Assembly: GCA_963665815.1 (NCBI GenBank) | Contig: OY762463.1 | Location: forward strand, 3,392,001 to 3,456,000 | Direction: 5' to 3' | Length of the DNA stretch: 64,000 bases | From: Candidatus Cloacimonadales bacterium | GTDB taxonomy: Bacteria > Cloacimonadota > Cloacimonadia > Cloacimonadales > JAIOQZ01 | Shown: positions 49,862 through 58,439 of the stretch, piece by piece | Layout: the number at the start of each line of letters is the position of its first letter | Position numbering within the stretch: the first letter of the stretch is position 1 | Notes under the pieces: generated by a model | What the model was told of the DNA's origin: nothing | Database searches by the model: none | The model's input: only the letters and a program-made list of their open reading frames with translations | Translations under genes and position numbers: made by a program

Positions 49862-50506
49862 ATGTTGAAAGGGTTACCGATGAAAGAAAAAAGGAAATTT
49901 GCTAAGAAGTATAATTCTATCAGAAAAATTGTTGCAGGTACATCAGCAATAATAGCAGCTATAGCAACATACAAGTTTATTTTCCATCATACTAAAAGGC
50001 GGAGGTTGATCAAGTATGGAAATATAGTAATAGATATCTATGAAAAACCGCAAACTAAAGAGTTTATAAATTTGATAAAAACTGGAATATTAAACTCAAA
50101 AGATTTGAACTCTGAAGTTGTTTCAGGTTTTAATCACCTTCTTGATAATCTAATTTCATTTGATGTCGATAAATCTTTCCACACACTATGTAAAATATTA
50201 GAGCTTGCATTAAGCCTGCATATTAGAGTAGAAAACAATAGTTTCGAATTTAGTATCAATAAAGCTCAAAAAGAAAGACTGATAACTTGGAAAGAAAGAA
50301 AGAACTTACATAAAATTCGTATTATAAGGAATAAGTTTGTACATCGAATCGGATTTAAAATCGAGTGGCAAGAATTTATTGAGTATTTCCAAGTAGCTTT
50401 CCCAGTGATTTTGAAACTATCAAGAACCGAAGCTACTATTCCGCAGGTAGAAGCTAAACCCCAAAAACTTCTATGCTCCAAAAAGAAAACTAATTGTGAC
50501 ACATAA
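49862..50506 (+). CDS. Membrane-anchored protein with HEPN-like RxxxxH motif
   Basis: N-terminal hydrophobic helix; CKILELAL...LHKIRIIRNKFVH. Confidence 0.5.
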   Translation: MLKGLPMKEKRKFAKKYNSIRKIVAGTSAIIAAIATYKFIFHHTKRRRLIKYGNIVIDIYEKPQTKEFINLIKTGILNSKDLNSEVVSGFNHLLDNLISFDVDKSFHTLCKILELALSLHIRVENNSFEFSINKAQKERLITWKERKNLHKIRIIRNKFVHRIGFKIEWQEFIEYFQVAFPVILKLSRTEATIPQVEAKPQKLLCSKKKTNCDT

Positions 50507-50576
50507 AAACATTGACTTAAAAAGTCATTCTATACAGATTTACTAAAAGAACATAGCAAAAATTGCAACATAACTT

Positions 50577-50742
50577 ATTGGTCAGCTTCAAAAATCGCCA
50601 AATTTAAGTAAGCCACCAGACCAACAGTAAAGTTGCGTCCATTAATATATGGGCGCGCTTTCTAATATCTTGGTGGCTGGTGTTTGGCGATACCTTGAGG
50701 CAAGAGAACGAAAGCGACGCCTTTTCTTCTTTATAGATCAAT
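50577..50742 (+). ncRNA. Putative structured leader RNA (degenerate second copy ~51222-51378)
   Basis: Nested complementary pairs attggtc/gatcaat, gcttca/tgaggc, atcgccaaa/tttggcgat, agccacca/tggtggct, gcgtccat/atgggcgc. Confidence 0.4.
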
Positions 50743-50775
50743 TCGATATGAAAATCAAAATTATAAGGAGGAAAT

Positions 50776-51096
50776 ATGTTCTGTTCACACTGTGGAAGTG
50801 AAATAGTTGATGATGCTGTAATATGTATCAAATGTGGAAGACAAGTCAAAACAATAACCAAGCAAGGCATTGTAAGTGATGAGAAATGGAGTATAGACAA
50901 GTTCGCTGGTCTCATTGCAGCAACTCTGTTAATTCCATATATCGGAGGATTGATAGGTCTAATTTTTGGAATCATGAGTTTAGGATCACCCGGTAAGAAG
51001 AAGCAAGGTATTATTCTAATCTACATTGCTGTCGGAGGATTCATTTTATCATTAACTTTCTGGGCAATGATATTTGGTTTCCTATCTTACTATTGA
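50776..51096 (+). CDS. Zinc-ribbon membrane protein
   Basis: MFCSHCG...CIKCG plus two TM segments; AAGGAGG RBS. Confidence 0.8.
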   Translation: MFCSHCGSEIVDDAVICIKCGRQVKTITKQGIVSDEKWSIDKFAGLIAATLLIPYIGGLIGLIFGIMSLGSPGKKKQGIILIYIAVGGFILSLTFWAMIFGFLSYY

Positions 51097-51409
51097 TTTT
51101 AAGGTAATTTCAGAACTAACATACATCTGCAAGCAGTTTTACAGACTAAATGTAACACTATATATATTATGATTCAAATTAATAATCATAGTGTAAGATA
51201 CTTAAAATTGTAACACACACATATTGATCTGCTTCTAAATCGCCAAACTAATGTAAGCCGTTGGATCAAGAGTCAAACTACATCTATTATAATGAATGCA
51301 GTTTGGTTAAAACTAACTGATATGAGGGTTTTAAAAGCATTAGGTTTAAGGCAATTCTTTCTTCAAAGTAGATCAATAGATTTATGATCAGGAGATCAAA
51401 GGAGGAAAA

Positions 51410-51847
51410 ATGAGAAATTTAAAGCTTTTGCTGATTTTAATTTTGTCAATATTTTGCATATTTGGTTGCTCATCCAAGAGAGTTCGAGTTGTAAAGAGAG
51501 GTACAATCCCAGGATATGACCAAACAACAATAAAGAAAGCTTTCGAAGCAGTATTTGATAATCCTAAATGGACAGAAGAAGTAACTTCTAATGGAACGGT
51601 ATTTGTCGAATTTACTGGGAACATCTCCAAAGTATTTAGACGTACAATATCTAAAGATAGAGATGGTACCGGTAGTATAATGATGGCATTAGACTCCAAA
51701 TTATGTGAAGTAGGCAAAGAGGTAACTGCTCAATGGACATTTGCTTCGGATAGAAAATCTTTTCGTTTGAGCTACATAAACAGTGATGCTTTTAGAGGTT
51801 TAGATATCCCTTGTATACTCGACATGATTTACTATGGGAAAATGTAA
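51410..51847 (+). CDS. Hypothetical lipoprotein
   Basis: AAGGAGG RBS; lipobox IFGC. Confidence 0.7.
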   Translation: MRNLKLLLILILSIFCIFGCSSKRVRVVKRGTIPGYDQTTIKKAFEAVFDNPKWTEEVTSNGTVFVEFTGNISKVFRRTISKDRDGTGSIMMALDSKLCEVGKEVTAQWTFASDRKSFRLSYINSDAFRGLDIPCILDMIYYGKM

Positions 51848-51884
51848 CATGATTGATGCAAATAATAATATAGTAACTTAAAAC

Positions 51885-51918
51885 ATAGCGTAAGATAGTT
51901 TCAACTATCTTACGCTAT
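51885..51918. terminator. Bidirectional terminator-like hairpin between convergent genes
   Basis: atagcgtaagatagtt-tc-aactatcttacgctat, perfect 16-bp inverted repeat. Confidence 0.75.
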
Positions 51919-51919
51919 T

Positions 51920-52519
51920 TCATAATATCCTATCCAAATTAACATACACTTCGTCAATCTGATCTTGAGTAATTCCGATATATCTTAGTGTCACATCTTG
52001 TGATGAATGATTGAATATCCGCATTAGTAAACTGAGATCAACACCATTTTTGTAAGCATGATACCCAAAGGTCTTTCTTAATGTGTGCGTACCTATCTTT
52101 GACCGAATTCCTGAACGATAAGCATAATCGTTCAGGAACTGCCAGACGTATTGTCGGGTCCAAGAATTTTTCGATCCAGACACACTATTGGATTTTGACT
52201 TGAACAGGAAATCCATTTCCTCTGGTTTAACATTCTTGTACAATTCCAGAATACTTTTTTTAACATTATCAGAAAATCTGAATTGCCTACTCTTTTTCGT
52301 TTTCTTTTCTTTTATAGTTATTGATAGTCTGAAAGTCGGATCCTTACCCAAATCTGAAAAAATATCATTCCAAGTTAATCTCAGAATATCAGAAATTCGC
52401 AATCCTGTTTTTATACCAATTTCGAATAGAGTTAATTCTCGGATCTTATTTTCCTTTTTCATTAGCTTTTTCATTTTACTAAGTTTCCGGAGATCTTTGA
52501 TTGGTTCTACATAGTTCAT
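51920..52519 (-). CDS. Short (catalytic-domain-only) tyrosine recombinase
   Basis: TGLRISD, EKKTKK, HTLRKTFGYH, FNHSS..VTLRYIG. Confidence 0.92.
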   Translation of the reverse strand: MNYVEPIKDLRKLSKMKKLMKKENKIRELTLFEIGIKTGLRISDILRLTWNDIFSDLGKDPTFRLSITIKEKKTKKSRQFRFSDNVKKSILELYKNVKPEEMDFLFKSKSNSVSGSKNSWTRQYVWQFLNDYAYRSGIRSKIGTHTLRKTFGYHAYKNGVDLSLLMRIFNHSSQDVTLRYIGITQDQIDEVYVNLDRIL

Positions 52520-52718
52520 ATAGTTGTCCTTTATTTTACTTAATGAGTTGTATGGCTCTATTTGTAATGCAAAACGGATTAACAGTTGATCCTGTTAATC
52601 CGTATATATGTTATAACTATAAGAATAATATGTAGTTAACTTTCTTTTATTTACTTTACACAAAATGATTGAGGAAAGGAGAAGAGCATTTCATAAATGA
52701 CGGTTATGAATAAGTGCT

Positions 52719-52756
52719 AAAAAAATAGGCATCACTATGAAAGTCGATGCCTATTT
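52719..52756 (-). terminator. Intrinsic terminator closing the decarboxylase-tyrS-orf93 unit
   Basis: aaataggcatc...gatgcctattt stem preceded by an A-run. Confidence 0.7.
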
Positions 52757-52767
52757 AAGATATTAGG

Positions 52768-53049
52768 TTACTTAAATAATTTTAGATTCAAGTTCTTCTC
52801 TAAATCAAGATACTCGTAAGTTTCATTCTTTTGAAGCGGAGTTCTTACGTCATGAGTTCCCATCGGAGTATAAAGCGGTTTATATTCTCTGAGAGGATTT
52901 ACTTGCTCATTCATTATGTAATCCTGAGAATAGTTTGGTCTTAACTGTTGATGATAAAGATTATCAACTCTGAATTGTCCTTGATCAATGCGTCTTGAGA
53001 AATCAAGTTGCCTTTGTTGTGATTGATTATAGAAAAAACTCTCACTCAT
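52768..53049 (-). CDS. Hypothetical Q/N/Y-rich small protein
   Basis: AGGAG RBS right after the tyrS stop; followed by a terminator. Confidence 0.65.
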   Translation of the reverse strand: MSESFFYNQSQQRQLDFSRRIDQGQFRVDNLYHQQLRPNYSQDYIMNEQVNPLREYKPLYTPMGTHDVRTPLQKNETYEYLDLEKNLNLKLFK

Positions 53050-53059
53050 TTCATTCTCC

Positions 53060-54352
53060 TTAGCTTAATTTAAGCATAATATAGTTTTTTTTTCCTTTTC
53101 TGACTACAACAACTTTCTTATCTATTATTGATTTGTTAAAAAGCTCATTGTAGTTGCCTGTGTTAGCTTTGACGTTATTGATGTAGAAACCACCATTTTT
53201 TACCAATCTTCTAAATTCACCATTTGAAGAAAAAATTCCTGATTTTGTAAAAGAAAATGCAATATCTGATTGCTGTTCAATCTCCCTTCTACTAATTGTG
53301 TAGATTGGGATTTGATCAAAAATGCGTAGTAATTCATCGTCAGTAAACTCACTTATATCTCCACCAAACAATGCTTTTGATGCTCTAAGAACTTTATTAA
53401 GTTCATCTACGCCATGAATCAGTTCAGTCATTGATTTTGCCAATTCTTTTTGAGCATACCTTTTTTCCGGAGCTTGCTTGTGTATTAACATAACTTGTTC
53501 AATATTTTCGAGCGTGGAAAAAGTGAAGTACTTCAAAAAATCCTCTACATCAGTATCCTCAACGTTGATCCAATACTGATAAAACTCATAAGGAGTAGTC
53601 ATGCTCTTATCAAGCCATATGGCATTTCCCATAGATTTACCAATTTTCTCACCATCTTTTGTTGTTATCAACGGTGATGTACAGCCATATACTTGTTGAT
53701 TAGATATTTTGTGTGTTAGAGCTATACCTGCTAATATATTTCCCCATTGATCGTTACCACCAATTTGCACATTTACTCCATATTTTTTGTTCAAGTAGTA
53801 GAAGTCATAGGCTTGCATTGTTTGATATGAAAACTCGGTAAATGTTATTCCATTCTCGGAGTTCAACCTTTTCTTTACACTTTCTTTGGCTAGCATATTG
53901 CTTAATTTGAAATGTTTACCAACATCTCTTAACCAGTCAACAAAGGTTATACTCCCAATCCAGTCATTATTGCGAACAATCTTTGTCTTGTTCTCTGAAT
54001 TGGGATTGATAATTGCCCTAATTTGTGTTTGTAATGATTTTACATTATTGTCTACAGTTTCCTTTGTGAGAAGAGATCTTTCGGATATCCTTCCTGATGG
54101 ATCTCCAATCATGCCTGTCGCATCACCAATCAGAACTATTGTTTTGAGTCCTCTATCCTTATACCTTTTGAGAGTCAATATTGAAAGAAGATGCCCTGTA
54201 TGAAGGCTAGGACCTGTAGGATCTACACCTACATATATTACAGGATTTTCATTTTCAATTATTTCATCCAATTTCTCGTATGAAACTTGTGCAAGCAGTC
54301 CTCTGAGTTCTAATTCTTTTAAGATTGATAAATCACATTTATGCTGATTCAT
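53060..54352 (-). CDS. tyrS: Tyrosine--tRNA ligase (island-borne)
   Basis: YVGVDPTGPSLHTGH, IGDPSGR, EFSYQTMQAYDF, QIGGNDQWGNI, KIGKS, C-terminal S4-like domain; start moved to MNQH after a GGAGA RBS. Confidence 0.93.
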   Translation of the reverse strand: MNQHKCDLSILKELELRGLLAQVSYEKLDEIIENENPVIYVGVDPTGPSLHTGHLLSILTLKRYKDRGLKTIVLIGDATGMIGDPSGRISERSLLTKETVDNNVKSLQTQIRAIINPNSENKTKIVRNNDWIGSITFVDWLRDVGKHFKLSNMLAKESVKKRLNSENGITFTEFSYQTMQAYDFYYLNKKYGVNVQIGGNDQWGNILAGIALTHKISNQQVYGCTSPLITTKDGEKIGKSMGNAIWLDKSMTTPYEFYQYWINVEDTDVEDFLKYFTFSTLENIEQVMLIHKQAPEKRYAQKELAKSMTELIHGVDELNKVLRASKALFGGDISEFTDDELLRIFDQIPIYTISRREIEQQSDIAFSFTKSGIFSSNGEFRRLVKNGGFYINNVKANTGNYNELFNKSIIDKKVVVVRKGKKNYIMLKLS

Positions 54353-56342
54353 TTTGTTCTCCTTCATTGAAAAAATGAGTTATTGGTGAGATTTCATCGA
54401 CCTGTTTTGACGAGTCTATACCTGAATAGTATTCCTCTTTAAGCTTCTTCAAGTAGTCACAAAAAGCATCAAAGACATGCTTTTTCTCTTCACCTTCTAC
54501 TACATATGAATTAATTGCATGAGGATGCATTATGCACGTCCTGAAGTATTTTTTACCATTCATAGTAGTTTCTACGACAGAGAATCGTTTACATCCATTC
54601 ACGGGGTGCATTTTCTTTAGCATTAACTCAGTTAGATGTTCGTTATTTTGCCATCGGTATGTTAGTATGTTGCTCTGGGGAGAATTAACAACCATCCCAT
54701 CTATTTCCTTAAGTTTTCTATATAAAAGGTTCGCAGCAATGATAGATGAGCAAACATCTTTACCTAAACCTTCTTGATTTAGAGGTTTAGAAACTAATGA
54801 AAAATAAAGCGAAATCGCACTTGCACCTGGTCTGCTTCCTTCAAGAGAAAACATTCCAGTAGGTAATTTAGCTTCTTTCTGAGTCCAGAGGTAGTCTGCA
54901 TTAGACGCAATATGCATAAGAGATCTCTTGTCTTTATACAATACGACTGACGATGGGTATGGAATGTATGTTGCTTTGTGAGGATCATATGTAATTGCAT
55001 CAACATCTTTCAATGCATTAGCCTTTTTCAGAATTCTGTCTGTAAAAAAAAGGCATTCATTTTGTATCTTATTGGAATCACTGGACGAAAAGCCGTGACT
55101 AACAGCTATTTGCCTAAAATAATTCTCTAATTGGCTTTGAGAAACAAGTTTTCCTTGTTTGTCTCGTAAAGCAGCAACAAAACTGATACCATAAGCTCCA
55201 TCAACAATTGTAAAAAAGCTAATGCCATGATTTTCTTCTAATTCATTTCTGAGTAATATAATAGCTTCAATGTCATCAAAGTTTGAATTCTCAGTTGTTC
55301 CAAAAATTCCAATGCAACCCATTATCCAAGACTCACTATTAATTATTATTTTTTTTACCTTATTTAAATCAATCGCATCATTTGTATCATTTTCAACTAA
55401 AATGAGACTTTCAGATCCAGAAGATCTCATTTTCAATGCTTTAACTATACTATAGTGTGCTGATTCAGATACTATGAACTTCCAAGAATTGTTCATTACT
55501 GTAAGGGAATCGGGAAAAGCTTTCTTGCATTTACATCTAAAAGCAAACTCACCAATGTAGTTCAGTAAATATGGAGATAGTATTTTATTAGTGATTCTAA
55601 CAACGTTTTTTGATTCATTATGAGCAATAATTTGGGAGGATAGCCTGATTAAGTCTTCCTTGATACAATTCTTCTGATTTATCGGTAAATTGATAAGTTC
55701 ATGAAATGATAATTCTGAGAACTGCTTGTTTTCTCCCCAAGCATTTGTTACGAAGTAATTATGTTTCCAATGTGAGATAAATCTTGAATGTAACTCGTTA
55801 TCTACTTCTATTGTCTCGTTTTTAATTGCTAATGAAACTGATAAGGGAAATGTCTGAATATTTGTTGCGACATGAATAGAACTCATCATTCCTGTTGTTC
55901 CTCCAGTTGTAAGGTTTCCATGAGCTGTGGAAGGATTATAACCTACTAGTTTTATAGCTTCAATGATGCAATACTCTTCACACTTGCTTGAAACGGGTGA
56001 ACTTACACTATCTACTAGGTTTTCATTAACTGTCATGCCTATCATTCCACCCATTAGTGATTCAGGACTCAATCTTGAATTCATATGTGCTAAGTATCTA
56101 GTTGATTGAAAGACTGGTGTTAATTGAAAAATGTCCTTGATTACTTGATATTGCTTATGATTAATGGGTTCTCTTCGAGGTTTTAAGTCGTTTGTGTCTA
56201 ATGGAAATTGCTGACGTTGTTTTGCAAGAAGTTCATCAATAGTATTTTGAAGATTGTTGCAAATACTTGTTACTGTCCTATAATAGGACTCATCGTAACC
56301 ATCTTTTGACTCTTCTGATGTCGGTGCATCGATACGTTCCAT
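54339..56342 (-). CDS. Group II PLP-dependent decarboxylase, tyrosine-decarboxylase-like
   Basis: RYLAHMNS, SSPVSS..EE, HYSIVKA, GTTE...D, VDGAYG, DPHK..YIPY, LEGSRPGA; stop overlaps the tyrS start. Confidence 0.8.
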   Translation of the reverse strand: MERIDAPTSEESKDGYDESYYRTVTSICNNLQNTIDELLAKQRQQFPLDTNDLKPRREPINHKQYQVIKDIFQLTPVFQSTRYLAHMNSRLSPESLMGGMIGMTVNENLVDSVSSPVSSKCEEYCIIEAIKLVGYNPSTAHGNLTTGGTTGMMSSIHVATNIQTFPLSVSLAIKNETIEVDNELHSRFISHWKHNYFVTNAWGENKQFSELSFHELINLPINQKNCIKEDLIRLSSQIIAHNESKNVVRITNKILSPYLLNYIGEFAFRCKCKKAFPDSLTVMNNSWKFIVSESAHYSIVKALKMRSSGSESLILVENDTNDAIDLNKVKKIIINSESWIMGCIGIFGTTENSNFDDIEAIILLRNELEENHGISFFTIVDGAYGISFVAALRDKQGKLVSQSQLENYFRQIAVSHGFSSSDSNKIQNECLFFTDRILKKANALKDVDAITYDPHKATYIPYPSSVVLYKDKRSLMHIASNADYLWTQKEAKLPTGMFSLEGSRPGASAISLYFSLVSKPLNQEGLGKDVCSSIIAANLLYRKLKEIDGMVVNSPQSNILTYRWQNNEHLTELMLKKMHPVNGCKRFSVVETTMNGKKYFRTCIMHPHAINSYVVEGEEKKHVFDAFCDYLKKLKEEYYSGIDSSKQVDEISPITHFFNEGEQNESA

Positions 56343-56708
56343 AGTATCCTCCATATTTAATTTGACACAGAAAACAGATCCCCTATAATTGTTTCGACTA
56401 GAACTACAGGGTTGGTTTCTTAGGAAACTGGCTCTGTTTTTGTGCTTTAACTAGAAAATATTCAGTATGAAGTTAATGTCAAGATAAAAAAACTCAAAAT
56501 ACATAAAAAAATATTCAAAAAAACATCACGAATAATTGGGTTGACTCTTTGCCTGTTGCCTTACGCGCTTTTAAAAAGCTCACAGTAACGATATTCTAGA
56601 TACTTTTAAATAAAATTTTTAACATTTTATACACAATCTCCGAAATATTTACATTATTCTTGACAAACTACTCATAAAAGTTTCAATTTGCATGAAAGGA
56701 GATTACTA

Positions 56709-58439
56709 TTGAGTGATTTTATTGATATAAAAGAATTCCTGAAACAACAAAAAGATAAGAGGAAAAGCTTTTCGATTGAAGAGTTAGCAAAGGAATTAAA
56801 AGCACAAGAAGATTTAGTAAAAAAAGAAATAGAGTCAAATATTCATGAATTTCAGATTGTATATGATCGAAGTGGAAAAGAAAAATATAAACTTGCCAAA
56901 GAAAAAACGAGTTTAGAAAAAGTACAAGAATTTTTGGTCAAGAATAGGCTAAAGTACTACACAAAGGATGAAATAGCCAAGCATACAGGCGTTGCTGGTG
57001 CGACCATGAATACTCTTTATGAAAGAAACCCCAATATGTTCGAAGTAAATAAAGTAAAGGCAAACAGTAAAACAAAACCGATAAATACTTATAAACTAAG
57101 AATTAAGAAAGCAGGGGAAATAATTGGACCTGGGGATTTTGGCTTCATCAAAAAAAACGATTTTAAGAAAGTTGATAAACTGACAAGCCCTGATAGTATT
57201 ATGGGAAATAGATTCGTTTCAATTGTTGGTGGAGTAAAAACAGGGAAAACTTCATTAGGTAATTATTATATTCAGAAATTTTGTGAAATTTTGCCTGAGT
57301 ACAAAGTTGTTGAAATAGATTTTGAAACTTTAATAAATTATTCAAATGCTGAAAGCGATATTAGTAAAACTGATGTGAAAGATGAGAGGGAACAAGGGCA
57401 CAGGTTAACATCATTGAAGTTGTTTTATGAAAATCTGCTATTGATAATACATGAGCAGATTTCAGACATAAAGATGACTATCAGATACTCGAAAGATAGA
57501 AAAAAAGCTGCTGTTGCTTGGGTAAACAAACTCAAATTGTATGGTTACAATTTTGAGGGTAATATGTTACAGGTTAATGAACCTTTCAATGAATTAAAGA
57601 TTGCTATAGGTGATGATGATAAAATGCCTTTACCGGATTCTTTGAGTGAAGTTCTGCAAATAGTATTGGAGCTGGATGATATAAAGAACGAAATTGCTCC
57701 AAAACTTGAACTTCCTGATTTTAAAAACGATGACTTATGTGCTCAAGATCTCATATATCAAGCATTAAACAAGTTTATTGCATTGATGATGAACGAGAGA
57801 TTCAATTTGTTCGTTTTCGATTGCATGGGGGCTGAGACGACTACAAACCAAAAGAATAATAGAGCTTTTAATTATGTGCAAGATAATTTCCTACATTTCC
57901 TTAGGGGAGTATACAACATGCAGTCTCATGCTGCACTAAGATACACAAAGTTCTTGTATATACTAACTGCAGAAAACGATTTAAGTGATGTATCTGTGTT
58001 CATGAAAACTCATAATAGTTGTATTAGACAACATGCTTTCAGTAAAGATAATGTAAAACATTTACTAGAAACAATGTGTATTGAAGATGAAGAATTTGTC
58101 ATTTCAGATTTAATTCATAAAAGTTTTTTGGGGCAGTGTTTTCTTACGCAATATTTTGTCCAGCATAGATCCAATGAACTTTTTGACTTAACTGAGCAGA
58201 AATTGTATTCATTGATGGATGATTTGCTATCTGAGACACCAATTATTCATTACTTCAGTAGAATTGATGATTTATTTAAGGATTTCTTTAAGGGTGACTC
58301 AATTTCTCAGGTGGATTTAAGTAATGTAAAAAAGAAAATGTTTTTGATGCAGAATAGTTTGATTAACGAGAAAGGGGAAAAGAGCTTATTTTATGAAATA
58401 CTTCTTAAAAATTTGAAAAAGGAGAATGCTGATGGATAA
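56709..58439 (+). CDS. Tandem wHTH-like N-terminus plus AAA_35/STAND-like P-loop ATPase
   Basis: FSIEELAKEL and YTKDEIAKHTGV (HTH-like); Walker A GGVKTGKT; Walker-B-like LFVFDC; TTG start after AAGGAG. Confidence 0.65.
   Translation: MSDFIDIKEFLKQQKDKRKSFSIEELAKELKAQEDLVKKEIESNIHEFQIVYDRSGKEKYKLAKEKTSLEKVQEFLVKNRLKYYTKDEIAKHTGVAGATMNTLYERNPNMFEVNKVKANSKTKPINTYKLRIKKAGEIIGPGDFGFIKKNDFKKVDKLTSPDSIMGNRFVSIVGGVKTGKTSLGNYYIQKFCEILPEYKVVEIDFETLINYSNAESDISKTDVKDEREQGHRLTSLKLFYENLLLIIHEQISDIKMTIRYSKDRKKAAVAWVNKLKLYGYNFEGNMLQVNEPFNELKIAIGDDDKMPLPDSLSEVLQIVLELDDIKNEIAPKLELPDFKNDDLCAQDLIYQALNKFIALMMNERFNLFVFDCMGAETTTNQKNNRAFNYVQDNFLHFLRGVYNMQSHAALRYTKFLYILTAENDLSDVSVFMKTHNSCIRQHAFSKDNVKHLLETMCIEDEEFVISDLIHKSFLGQCFLTQYFVQHRSNELFDLTEQKLYSLMDDLLSETPIIHYFSRIDDLFKDFFKGDSISQVDLSNVKKKMFLMQNSLINEKGEKSLFYEILLKNLKKENADG

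Noticed and set aside
50560-51409. Integron attC cassette array
   Set aside because: No RYYYAAC/GTTRRRY-bounded sites recognised and the recombinase lacks the IntI-specific insertion; kept only as a structured-leader finding
53060-56708. Canonical tdc acid-resistance operon with a T-box leader
   Set aside because: No tyrP/nhaC, gene order differs, and no T-box consensus was recognised upstream
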